In this document: positions 25,684 to 32,989 of the stretch, one piece after another | Position numbering within the stretch: position 1 is the first letter of the stretch | Layout: each line of letters begins with the position of its first letter | Virus record (IMG/VR): IMGVR_UViG_3300006143_000028 | Direction: 5' to 3' (one strand) | From: a virus | Length of the DNA stretch: 45,464 nucleotides | Position numbers and translations under genes: made by a program | Notes under the pieces: model-generated | What the model was told of the DNA's origin: nothing | The model's input: only the letters and a program-made list of their open reading frames with translations | The model's database searches: none

Positions 25684-25918
25684 GCTCTGCTGTGTATAGC
25701 CTCAATAGCTCCGTTGTTTCTCCGTCTGGCAGGATGTCCTCTAAAGAACACTGGAGCGCCCTGCACAGCTTGAGCAGCGTGGCCAGCTTGGCACCACTCA
25801 GGTCCCTCACGCCTTGCTCATAGTGCTGGAGCATTTGGAGGTTGATGCCAGCGGCCTTGGCTAATTGTGACTGTGACAGGTCATGTGCAAGGCGGGCTGT
25901 TTTTAGTCTGCTGTCCAC
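25673..25918 (-). CDS. XRE-family HTH regulator (Cro/CI-type)
   Basis: 81 aa with LSQSQLAKAAGINLQMLQHYEQG. GTG start with RBS AAAGGAGG. Confidence 0.8.
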   Translation of the reverse strand: MDSRLKTARLAHDLSQSQLAKAAGINLQMLQHYEQGVRDLSGAKLATLLKLCRALQCSLEDILPDGETTELLRLYTAEQAG

Positions 25919-25949
25919 AGGTGCGGCCTCCTTTGATGTTTATAAACGA

Positions 25950-25978
25950 ATTATATACCAAAAGGTATATAATGTCAA
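25950..25978 (-). promoter_or_regulatory. Consensus sigma70 promoter TTGACA-N17-TATAAT with an embedded palindromic operator
   Basis: Minus strand reads TTGACATTATATACCTTTTGGTATATAAT. The palindrome TTATATACC-AAAA-GGTATATAA (25951-25972) spans the spacer and the -10 element. Confidence 0.7.
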
Positions 25979-26023
25979 GATAGAAAAAAGCCCGTGCAAA
26001 AAGAAATTTTGCCGGGCAATTTT

Positions 26024-26308
26024 TTAATCCTTTGTGGCCCTCAGCCGGTCCGCAAGCATGGCAAGTGTTGCAACGTCCCGCTCATCCAGGCCGGACACGT
26101 TAATGCTGGCCAACGGCTCCAGGCCCAGAAGATAGTCTGTAGACACGGAAAAGGTCTTTGCCAGCTCCACGATGCTGGCCGGGGACGGGATGGAAAGTCC
26201 TTGCTCCCAGGAGTTCACGCCGTTGCGGGTGATACCCATACGGCGGGCAAGCTCCGCTTGTGTCCAGCCCCGTGCCTCTCTTAACGCCTTTATTTTCTCC
26301 GCAATCAT
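26024..26308 (-). CDS. XRE-family HTH regulator
   Basis: 94 aa with WTQAELARRMGITRNGVNSWEQG. Confidence 0.85.
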   Translation of the reverse strand: MIAEKIKALREARGWTQAELARRMGITRNGVNSWEQGLSIPSPASIVELAKTFSVSTDYLLGLEPLASINVSGLDERDVATLAMLADRLRATKD

Positions 26309-26324
26309 CCGCAGCGCCTCCTTT

Positions 26325-26342
26325 CAAAGTAATTATACTTTG
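26325..26342. promoter_or_regulatory. Palindrome CAAAGTA-ATTA-TACTTTG overlapping a minus-strand TATAAT (26332-26337) upstream of the 26308 XRE gene
   Basis: Read directly from the sequence. The -35 element is poor, so the promoter call is weaker than the operator-like palindrome. Confidence 0.45.
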
Positions 26343-26379
26343 CATGGCCGTCAAGTCATTATCAAATAGGCTCTGTTGC

Positions 26380-26408
26380 TTGACAGCACGGCAGAGGCCA
26401 GATATAAT
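26380..26408 (+). promoter_or_regulatory. Consensus sigma70 promoter TTGACA-N17-TATAAT driving the only plus-strand gene
   Basis: The sequence reads TTGACAGCACGGCAGAGGCCAGATATAAT, 58 nt upstream of the ATG at 26466. Confidence 0.7.
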
Positions 26409-26465
26409 GGGGTTTGTAAAGGTCAAGAAAGACCGAAAACAGAATTTTTGAGGAGGTAGAGAGGG

Positions 26466-27152
26466 ATGCCAAATAATGAGCCCAAAAAGCGCCGGGGGTG
26501 CCTCATCCCGCTGGCCATCTTTGCCGTTGTCCTCATTGCTATCATCGGCGGGATAGCGGCAGGGGTCAGCGGCACGGCAGGGCAAAAGCCCAAAAGCCTG
26601 CTGGCGGAAACAATAGGGCTGACAGAACAGCAGGAGCGGGATTTGCTTGAGGTGTTTGACGCTTGCGGCGTTCTGGAGGTCAAAGAGGTCACCCAGTTCA
26701 AAGAGGGGGAAAGCCAAACCTCCTACCATGTCAGGGACGTGGAAACGGACCACTACCGGGGCATGGACGGGACCATCGTGGTGTGGCTGGACAACGGTAC
26801 AAAGGCCGTTGAGGCCATTTACTTTGATGACCAGGACATCTATGTGGACGGGGCCGTGGTGGCCCAGGTGCCCAGCTTTTATGTGTCCTCTGCCCAGTGT
26901 GATGAGTACCGGGTCAGCGTCCAGCTCTTGGTCAAGGAGTGCCTGAGCCACCCGGACAGTGCCCAGTTTGGCAGCGCATCCAAGTGGGCCTTTGGGGTCA
27001 ATGAGGACGGCTATGATGTGATACAATCCAGCGTAACAGCCCAAAACGCCATGGGCGTGGAAAGTACGGAAAAATTCCAGGTCTTGATTGATAGGAGCAC
27101 CGGGGAGCCGGTATCTTTGAACATAGGCGGCACGGAATACATCCAGCAGTAA
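26466..27152 (+). CDS. Membrane-anchored protein (moron; candidate superinfection-exclusion or lysogenic-conversion factor)
   Basis: 228 aa with a basic N-terminus and one TM segment (CLIPLAIFAVVLIAIIGGIAAGV), then a predicted extracytoplasmic domain. It has its own promoter, RBS GAGGAGG and terminator. Confidence 0.75.
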   Translation: MPNNEPKKRRGCLIPLAIFAVVLIAIIGGIAAGVSGTAGQKPKSLLAETIGLTEQQERDLLEVFDACGVLEVKEVTQFKEGESQTSYHVRDVETDHYRGMDGTIVVWLDNGTKAVEAIYFDDQDIYVDGAVVAQVPSFYVSSAQCDEYRVSVQLLVKECLSHPDSAQFGSASKWAFGVNEDGYDVIQSSVTAQNAMGVESTEKFQVLIDRSTGEPVSLNIGGTEYIQQ

Positions 27153-27163
27153 AAACATAAAAA

Positions 27164-27197
27164 GCCGGAGAGGCCAGCAGGCCCCTCCGGCTTTTTT
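27164..27197 (+). terminator. Rho-independent terminator of the plus-strand gene
   Basis: GCCGGAGAGGCC-AGCAG-GCCCCTCCGGC followed by T6. Confidence 0.7.
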
Positions 27198-27204
27198 CCA
27201 TTGG

Positions 27205-27235
27205 AAAAAACACCCCCGGTCACGGTGCCGGGGGT
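27205..27235 (-). terminator. Rho-independent terminator ending the lysis operon
   Basis: Minus strand reads ACCCCCGG-CACCGTGA-CCGGGGGT followed by GTTTTTT. Confidence 0.6.
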
Positions 27236-27312
27236 ATCTTTACCCCTCCCGGCCTTGACGGCCCTTGTGGGGGCCTTTACGGGCCAAATAGAGGCATTTC
27301 CCGCCGGGGGCT

Positions 27313-27624
27313 TTACGCCTTTTTCTTTTCAAGCTGCATGATGGCCTCTTTGAGCTTGTCAAAGCCGAACATTGCCGCATAGGCCACCATAAAGCCCACC
27401 ACAACGGCAGCCACCACCATGTACCACACCACCGCCAGCTCCTTGATTTGAGCCCAGGCGAAGAACGCCGCCAGGGTCAGGCCCATGGCCACGATGACGG
27501 CAAGGATATTGGTGGGGAGCCGGTCCCAGGTGAGCTTTTTGAGGACCTGGACGATGATGTTGGTGAGCACCACCAGGACGCCCACAATGCTGAGGATGAC
27601 GGACCAGTCAAAAATGCTTTCCAT
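27313..27624 (-). CDS. Holin
   Basis: 103 aa with three hydrophobic segments and a charged C-terminus (EKKKA). It lies immediately downstream of the endolysin gene. Confidence 0.7.
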   Translation of the reverse strand: MESIFDWSVILSIVGVLVVLTNIIVQVLKKLTWDRLPTNILAVIVAMGLTLAAFFAWAQIKELAVVWYMVVAAVVVGFMVAYAAMFGFDKLKEAIMQLEKKKA

Positions 27625-27645
27625 GTTCTTTTCCTCCCGGTTATT

Positions 27646-28656
27646 TTACCCCACAAGGGTGAGGTCCTTGATGTTGACGGCGGCGGTGACCGCCTTGCCC
27701 TGGCCGATGACGGCCCGGTCCCCGGACAGCTCCAGCACCGTGTAGGTGTTGGCGTAGACGAAAGAGGCCAGGCCCCCGCCGGTGTAGGTCTTGGCTCCGG
27801 CCTTGACCTTGACAGTGGAGCCCTTGGCGATGGCGGCGGAGGCCTCCACGGCGATGTCAGCGGCGTCCACCCAGCCGTAGACGGTGGAGCCACCGCCCTT
27901 GACGGCGATGAGATGATAGGGGTGCTTGCCATTAAAGGCCTGAGTGACCTTGGCCTTGCCGGGCTTGCAGGGGGAGCTCTTGGTGGCGTTGGCGCTGTAA
28001 TAATGAGCGGAGCCGGTAAACTCCACGATGTCACCCACCTTGGGGCCGTTGGCCGGGGGCTTGACGGTTCCAGGAGTGCCGGTAGAGGCCACCGGGGGCT
28101 TGACAGCGGAGCCGTACCCGTTAAACTTCCGGGCATCAATCCACCAATAATAAGACACCTGGCTCTTAAAGGTCTTGAGGTCCCCGTTGAGGCGGGCATC
28201 TTTCGTGCTGGCGGGGGCATTGATGCGGACCTTGCCGTCCTCCCACCAAAGGACCACGAAGTGGCCCCCGGTAGTCCACAGGCCCGGACCCATAAGGGCA
28301 ATAAAATAATAGCCCTGTTTGAGCATTTCAAAGACCTTTTTGTGATTGGCGTGGTCAGGCTTGCCATAGGTCTTGGTCCAGTTCAGCATATCACAGTCAA
28401 TGCCAAACTCCGCAAACTGGGGCTTGAAATAACCGTAATAGGTGCCGTTGCCCAGGGCCTTGTAACCGTGGGCCATGCTCCAGTTGCAGGCGTCCTCTGG
28501 GGTGTACTTCTTGCCGGTCATGGTTTCGATAATCATGGCCGCCGCCGTAGGACCACAGCCGGAGCCGCCGATGGTGGCACTTTCGCCCTTGACCCGGTAG
28601 GGCTTGGATTTCCAGCGGGGGTCAGTCTGGAGGTAGGAAACGGGTTTCTTGTTCAT
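27646..28656 (-). CDS. Endolysin: N-terminal C39-like/papain-like cysteine peptidase plus two SH3b-like wall-binding repeats
   Basis: Motifs GGSGCGPTAAAMI ... GGHFVVLW (Cys/His), and two C-terminal repeats of ~60 aa. Confidence 0.75.
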   Translation of the reverse strand: MNKKPVSYLQTDPRWKSKPYRVKGESATIGGSGCGPTAAAMIIETMTGKKYTPEDACNWSMAHGYKALGNGTYYGYFKPQFAEFGIDCDMLNWTKTYGKPDHANHKKVFEMLKQGYYFIALMGPGLWTTGGHFVVLWWEDGKVRINAPASTKDARLNGDLKTFKSQVSYYWWIDARKFNGYGSAVKPPVASTGTPGTVKPPANGPKVGDIVEFTGSAHYYSANATKSSPCKPGKAKVTQAFNGKHPYHLIAVKGGGSTVYGWVDAADIAVEASAAIAKGSTVKVKAGAKTYTGGGLASFVYANTYTVLELSGDRAVIGQGKAVTAAVNIKDLTLVG

Positions 28657-28672
28657 GACGTGATTTCCTCCT

Positions 28673-28951
28673 TTAGTCTTTCAGCACGATTTCAGCCGCA
28701 CGGAGGGCGATGTCCGCCCCATACTTGTCCGCAAAGCGGTTGAGAAAGCGCTGGGCATATTTAGCCCGGTTTTCGTTCTTGGACTTCCACAGGTAAAAGC
28801 CGCCCCAGGTTCCGTCTGTCACCAGGGAGGTGCCCGCAAGGACGGCAATGGCGGTAACATCCCACCCCCGGAGGGTCCCGGCCACGGTGATGGCGCACAG
28901 GACCACGGAGATGAAGATGTGTAGCACCAGCATTTTCTTGGAAAACTCCAT
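28673..28951 (-). CDS. Two-TM membrane protein (holin-like or lysis accessory)
   Basis: 92 aa with hydrophobic segments LVLHIFISVVLCAITVAG and AIAVLAGTSLV. It lies upstream of the endolysin gene. Confidence 0.5.
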   Translation of the reverse strand: MEFSKKMLVLHIFISVVLCAITVAGTLRGWDVTAIAVLAGTSLVTDGTWGGFYLWKSKNENRAKYAQRFLNRFADKYGADIALRAAEIVLKD

Positions 28952-28966
28952 CCAATGCCGCCCTCC

Positions 28967-29299
28967 TCAGTAAAGCGCCTGGACGCTTTGCTCCGTCAAA
29001 AATTCCTTGTGTTCATGCTTGACCTTGCGGGCATATTCCAGGGCGGCGTGCATATCACCGTTACAGTGTGCGTCCGGGATGCGCTGGACGGCCTCCGCCG
29101 TAGCCTCCCCCAGAGCGATGGCGGCCCCCACCCCTTTGATGATAAGCACCTCATTTTTCTCACGGGCACGCTCCCGCTCCTCCTGGGCTTTGTCCCGCTT
29201 TGTGATGCGCTGCTGGAGCAGCCAAAAACAAAAGGCAGTAATGGCGGTGGGGAGGCCCAGCAGCGTGACCAGGCCCCCGACAGAAAGCTCAATGACCAT
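28967..29299 (-). CDS. Single-TM membrane protein
   Basis: The ATG at 29299 is preceded by AAGGAGGGGG. It has an N-terminal TM segment LVTLLGLPTAITAFCFWLL. Confidence 0.5.
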   Translation of the reverse strand: MVIELSVGGLVTLLGLPTAITAFCFWLLQQRITKRDKAQEERERAREKNEVLIIKGVGAAIALGEATAEAVQRIPDAHCNGDMHAALEYARKVKHEHKEFLTEQSVQALY

Positions 29300-29312
29300 G
29301 ATGTCCCCCTCC

Positions 29313-29771
29313 TTATTCGGTGACCTCATCCCAGCCATAGACGCCGGGCTCCCAGACGTTGCCGTCCACGGTAGAGGTCCAATGCTTGCCTTTGTGGTTC
29401 ACCTTAGCCCCGGCGCTGTATGCGTCATGGGCCCCCAGGGGTTGGCTCCAGGCGGGCCACTCCTCCGCCGGGTCAGAGGTCACCGCCCAGAGGGAGGCGG
29501 CCTTGTCCGGCTCCCACCCCTCCTGGGACGTGTGCTCCTGGACACAGCGGTAAAGGGTGCCGCCATACCGGCGGAGGTTGCCCACGGCGTAGTTGACGCC
29601 GGGCACCCACTCCGCAAAGAGGGTGGACTGTTCGGCAGCGGTCACGGCGTCAATCTGGCCGTTTTCCGCCAGCACCACAAAGGCGATGGCGGCGGCGTCC
29701 TCCCGCTGCTTGGCGTAGAGCTTGGCCGCATTGATGGCCTTGAGGCTGTTGGCCGTAAATTCTACACTCAT
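29313..29771 (-). CDS. Carbohydrate-binding-like protein (two CBM5/12-style Trp-rich repeats)
   Basis: YRCVQEHTSQEGWEPDKAASLW and HWTSTVDGNVWEPGVYGW resemble CBM5/12 repeats. It follows the fibre-like gene. Confidence 0.45.
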   Translation of the reverse strand: MSVEFTANSLKAINAAKLYAKQREDAAAIAFVVLAENGQIDAVTAAEQSTLFAEWVPGVNYAVGNLRRYGGTLYRCVQEHTSQEGWEPDKAASLWAVTSDPAEEWPAWSQPLGAHDAYSAGAKVNHKGKHWTSTVDGNVWEPGVYGWDEVTE

Positions 29772-31585
29772 TCAAAAGCACCTCCGATGCTGGAAATATA
29801 GCCGCCGGTGTCGCTGTTGCCCCGGCTCACATTGAGCTGGAAGTTGAAAGCAAAGCCGTTGGCGGCGGTCTTATTGGTAAAGACGTGATTGGCTCCGCTC
29901 TTGATGTCCGCAGTGGCGTCCTCCCACACAGGGGTGGTGTCCTTGGCGTTGTTGGTGACCAGCACCTGGAGCACGGCGTCAACGGGCAAAGCGCCCACAA
30001 TGTTGAGCACCATGACGGTGATGGCGTCATCCGCCTCCAGGGGCTCCGCCAGAGTGATGCTGGCGCTGGTGACCTTTTTGGCGAAAGTCACGGTATAGGG
30101 GGCGCTGTCCGCCTTGCCGTCATTGGCCACCACCTTGAGGGTGTGGGCCCCGTTGAGGATTTTCTGATAGTTGGCGGCGGTGACGGCCTGGAACGTGTTG
30201 GACTGGCCCAGGGTGGCCGTATAGGACCGCTGGAGCACGTTGTCCAGATACTCCTTGACCGTCACGGTGTCCCCGTCCGCATCGGTCACCTTGTAGGTCA
30301 GGGCAAAGCCCTCATTTTTGGTGCCCAGGTCCGTGCCGGAGGCCGTGTCACTGGTGATGACGGGATAGGCGTTATTGTCCACCGTGCGGGTGTCGCTGGT
30401 GACATAGGCGCTGGTGGCGTTCAGCGTGTCATAGGCCCGGACACGGTAGGCCACCGTATTCCACCCGGCGGTGATGGTGTCCGTAAAGGTCAGGGCGGAG
30501 CCCTTGTAGACCTGGGACCATGCGCCGCCGTTGACGCTCCGCTCCAGCTCATAGCCGCTGAGGTTGTCATCGCTGTCCGTGGCACGGGTCCAGGAGATGG
30601 GCAGGGTGGCCCCGCCCCGGACGGCGGCGGGCACCGTGATGGAGCCGGGGGCGGAGGGGGCCCGGTTGTTGACCACCGTGACATTGCTGCCGGTTTTCCA
30701 GCCGGAGTTAAGGCCCTCTGTGTCATAGGCCTTGACCCGGAACATGACGGAGGCGGTGCCAAAGGCCACGTTGTTGGTGGTGCTCCGGGCGCTGCCCTGA
30801 TAAATTTGGGTCCAGGAGCTGCCGCCGTTGGTGCTCCGCTCCACGATATAGCCCGCAAGGTTGCCCTCGGCGTCCGTGGACGCTCCCCAGCTCACAGTGA
30901 TGTCCGTGCCGCCGTTGATGCTGGTGGGATAGGTAATGCTGGAGGGGACGCCAGGGGCGGTGTTGACGGACACAGAGCCATCATCGCTGACATAGAGGGA
31001 GGAGGGGAGAGTGAAAGCGGGGCGGGACCCGCTGGTGTAGGAGCAGCCGTTGTAGTCGAAGTAGCCACCGGAGCTCAAGCACCAGGCGCCGTTGGTGTTG
31101 TCCGTGTTCGGGGAACGGGTCCACTGGACCACGGCGGAGCCATTCAGCTTTGCGATTTTCAGCAGATTGAGGACCGTGCTGGACAGCGCCGTGCCCTCAG
31201 CGTTCATGTAGGTGTAGGAATAGCCCAGCTCCGTGGCGGACAGCAGGAACACGGACCGCTGCAAGGTGGTCTTGCTGTTGTTCCCGTTGCCGGGAGTGTA
31301 GTAGATTTTGGTGGTGCCCATCGCCGTGCGGATGTTGGCGTCCAGCAGGTTCTTGTAGGTGCCGTTGAGCCAGGTGTCAATGGCGCTGCTGGCGTAGGCG
31401 TTGATGTTGGAGCTGTGCCACTGGCGCTGGTCATAACAGTCCTTGCGGACCACCAGCACCCGCCCGGCTCCGTTCAGCCCGCTTTCATAGTTCTGCTTGG
31501 CAATGTAAAACTCCACCAGCACGCCGTTTTCCTTGAGCTTGATGATGGAGCCCTCTGCCTTGCTGCCAAGGGTGACAGTTGCCAT
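29768..31585 (-). CDS. DGR target protein 1: fibre/receptor-binding-like protein with an N-terminal VR-bearing domain followed by FN3 and Ig-like repeats
   Basis: The ATG at 31585 is preceded by AAAGGAGG and overlaps the RT stop (TAATG). VR1 encodes roughly aa 158-190. FN3-like repeats are present (ITVSWGASTDAEGNLAGYIVERSTNGGSSW; LPISWTRATDSDDNLSGYELERSVNGGAW). Confidence 0.8.
   Translation of the reverse strand: MATVTLGSKAEGSIIKLKENGVLVEFYIAKQNYESGLNGAGRVLVVRKDCYDQRQWHSSNINAYASSAIDTWLNGTYKNLLDANIRTAMGTTKIYYTPGNGNNSKTTLQRSVFLLSATELGYSYTYMNAEGTALSSTVLNLLKIAKLNGSAVVQWTRSPNTDNTNGAWCLSSGGYFDYNGCSYTSGSRPAFTLPSSLYVSDDGSVSVNTAPGVPSSITYPTSINGGTDITVSWGASTDAEGNLAGYIVERSTNGGSSWTQIYQGSARSTTNNVAFGTASVMFRVKAYDTEGLNSGWKTGSNVTVVNNRAPSAPGSITVPAAVRGGATLPISWTRATDSDDNLSGYELERSVNGGAWSQVYKGSALTFTDTITAGWNTVAYRVRAYDTLNATSAYVTSDTRTVDNNAYPVITSDTASGTDLGTKNEGFALTYKVTDADGDTVTVKEYLDNVLQRSYTATLGQSNTFQAVTAANYQKILNGAHTLKVVANDGKADSAPYTVTFAKKVTSASITLAEPLEADDAITVMVLNIVGALPVDAVLQVLVTNNAKDTTPVWEDATADIKSGANHVFTNKTAANGFAFNFQLNVSRGNSDTGGYISSIGGAFE
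31016..31115 (-). repeat. DGR variable region VR1
   Basis: 100 bp align without gaps to TR 32834-32933 with 15 mismatches. Fourteen fall at TR adenines on the coding strand; one is a C-to-T change (TR 32878). Confidence 0.85.
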
Positions 31586-32610
31586 TAGATGACCTCCTTT
31601 AGAATGTTTTGCACACGGTCCCGCACTTGCTGGCGCAGGAGCCAGGTGTTGCCGTGAGAGGCGTGGGCGTCCCACGCCTGCCAAGATTGCAGGATTTGCT
31701 CACGGGTGACCTGCCCCGTGGGGTATTCCCGCTCCCACCTATGGAGCTTGGAGCGCATCCGTTTGACGCTGCTGTGCCGCAGCTTGCGGATGACCTTGCC
31801 GCTGTCCGTGAGGTAGGTGTGAAAGCCCAAAAAGTCAATCCCGTTGCGGAGCGGGAAAATCTGGGTTTTCTCGTTGAGCTCCAGGCCCAGGCTGGCCATA
31901 TACGCTTTGATTTCCCGGAGGCAAAACTGCAAATATTCCTTGTCCGGGCAGATGAGGAAAAAGTCATCCATGTAACGGCCATACCAGCGGATGTGGAGCA
32001 CTTCCTTGACGAAGTGGTCAAAATCATCCAGGAATAGCAGGGCAAAGAGCTGGCTTGTCTGATAGCCCAGGGGCAAGCCGTCTGAGCAGTCGATGTAAGT
32101 ACAGAGCAGGTCATAAACAATAGGCTCAAGGTCCAGCTTTTTCAGCTTTTCCTTGAGCCTGTCGTGGTCTATACTTGCAAAGAATTTGCGCACATCACAC
32201 TTGAGGACCCAGCCCTTCGCCGTGTGGTATTTGTTCCAGTATTCAGTGAAAAAGCCTTTGAGGCGGTCCAGGCCGAAGTGGAGGCCTTTGCCCTTTTGGG
32301 ATGCGTAGTTATCTAAAATAAAGCTGTGCGTGATGCGGTCATAGAGCAGGTTGTCCACAAGGGCGTGTTGGACCACCTTGTCCACAAATGCCGGAGCCTG
32401 CACCAGTCTTTTCTTGGGCTCAAACACATAGAACACACGGAAACGCCCCGGCCTATATACTTTCGTGCGGAGGATATAGACAAGGTTGATGATGTTCTCC
32501 AGCAGGTGGGCCTCATAGTGGGCGGTGGCCGCTCTGGAGCGCTTGCCCCTCCGTGCGGCCAGATAAGCGACATAGAGCACCGCAAAGGTGCAGATGTCGG
32601 AAAAACTCAT
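31585..32610 (-). CDS. DGR-type reverse transcriptase
   Basis: Motifs FASIDHDRL, LPLGYQTSQLFA ([I/L]GxxxSQ) and RYMDDFFLI (YxDD). The ATG at 32610 is preceded by CAGGAGG. The longer ORF-track N-terminus is Arg/Pro-rich and unlikely to be translated. Confidence 0.9.
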   Translation of the reverse strand: MSFSDICTFAVLYVAYLAARRGKRSRAATAHYEAHLLENIINLVYILRTKVYRPGRFRVFYVFEPKKRLVQAPAFVDKVVQHALVDNLLYDRITHSFILDNYASQKGKGLHFGLDRLKGFFTEYWNKYHTAKGWVLKCDVRKFFASIDHDRLKEKLKKLDLEPIVYDLLCTYIDCSDGLPLGYQTSQLFALLFLDDFDHFVKEVLHIRWYGRYMDDFFLICPDKEYLQFCLREIKAYMASLGLELNEKTQIFPLRNGIDFLGFHTYLTDSGKVIRKLRHSSVKRMRSKLHRWEREYPTGQVTREQILQSWQAWDAHASHGNTWLLRQQVRDRVQNILKEVI

Positions 32611-32833
32611 GCGGGTGGCCTCCTGTCTTTGTACGGCTGGCCATCCTCTCCTTATGCGCCGTTTAGGTGCCGGGGTGACAGGACCAGCAGCCCCCGCCCG
32701 TTTCTTGCCGGGCGGGCGGCATCGGCGCAATGTGTTTGCCTTGAAAAGCTCAAGGCTGGATGTGACCTCCTTTGATGTGATGGATGGCGCTGCTTTCGGC
32801 TTTGGGCCTACTCAGTCCGGCCTTGACCATCAG

Positions 32834-32933
32834 AGCGGGGCGGGACCCGTTGGTGTTGGAGCAGTTGTTGTTGTTGAGGTTGCCATTGGAGTTCAAGTAC
32901 CAGGCGTTGTTGGTGTTGTTCGTGTTCGGGGAA
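32834..32933 (-). repeat. DGR template repeat (TR), transcribed as non-coding RNA
   Basis: The adenine-rich copy (13 AAC and 1 AAT codon-equivalents) of the VR sequence. It lies 223 nt upstream of the RT start and 56 nt downstream of the avd-like gene. Confidence 0.85.
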
Positions 32934-32989
32934 AAGCGCAAAAAATAGGTCACACCCAAATATAACAGCCTTTGGCTGGTATATCCGCT

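Noticed and set aside
24363-25690. Attempt to delimit an IS30 element by terminal inverted repeats
   Set aside because: Only short, weak matches were found by eye (e.g. CCAGAAAA on both sides; a direct AGGTGCTAT repeat). That is not enough to call a mobile_element feature with boundaries, so only the transposase CDS is reported.
26100-27158. 352-aa minus-strand ORF antisense to the plus-strand membrane-protein gene
   Set aside because: It overlaps both the XRE gene (26024..26308) and the well-supported plus-strand gene, which has its own promoter, RBS and terminator. The sequence is low-complexity with no motifs. It is a shadow ORF.
31060-31060. The single non-adenine TR/VR1 mismatch (TR C, VR1 T on the coding strand) as evidence against DGR activity
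   Set aside because: One transition among 15 differences is compatible with ordinary drift after homing. VR2 retains the TR base at this position. It is kept as a caveat, not a refutation.
32750-32959. 69-aa minus-strand ORF rich in Asn (SPNTNNTNNAWYLNSNGNLNNNNCSNTNGSRPAL)
   Set aside because: It coincides with the DGR template repeat. The open frame is inherited from the VR coding sequence. It lies in the avd-RT spacer with no convincing RBS, so it is treated as non-coding TR RNA rather than a gene.
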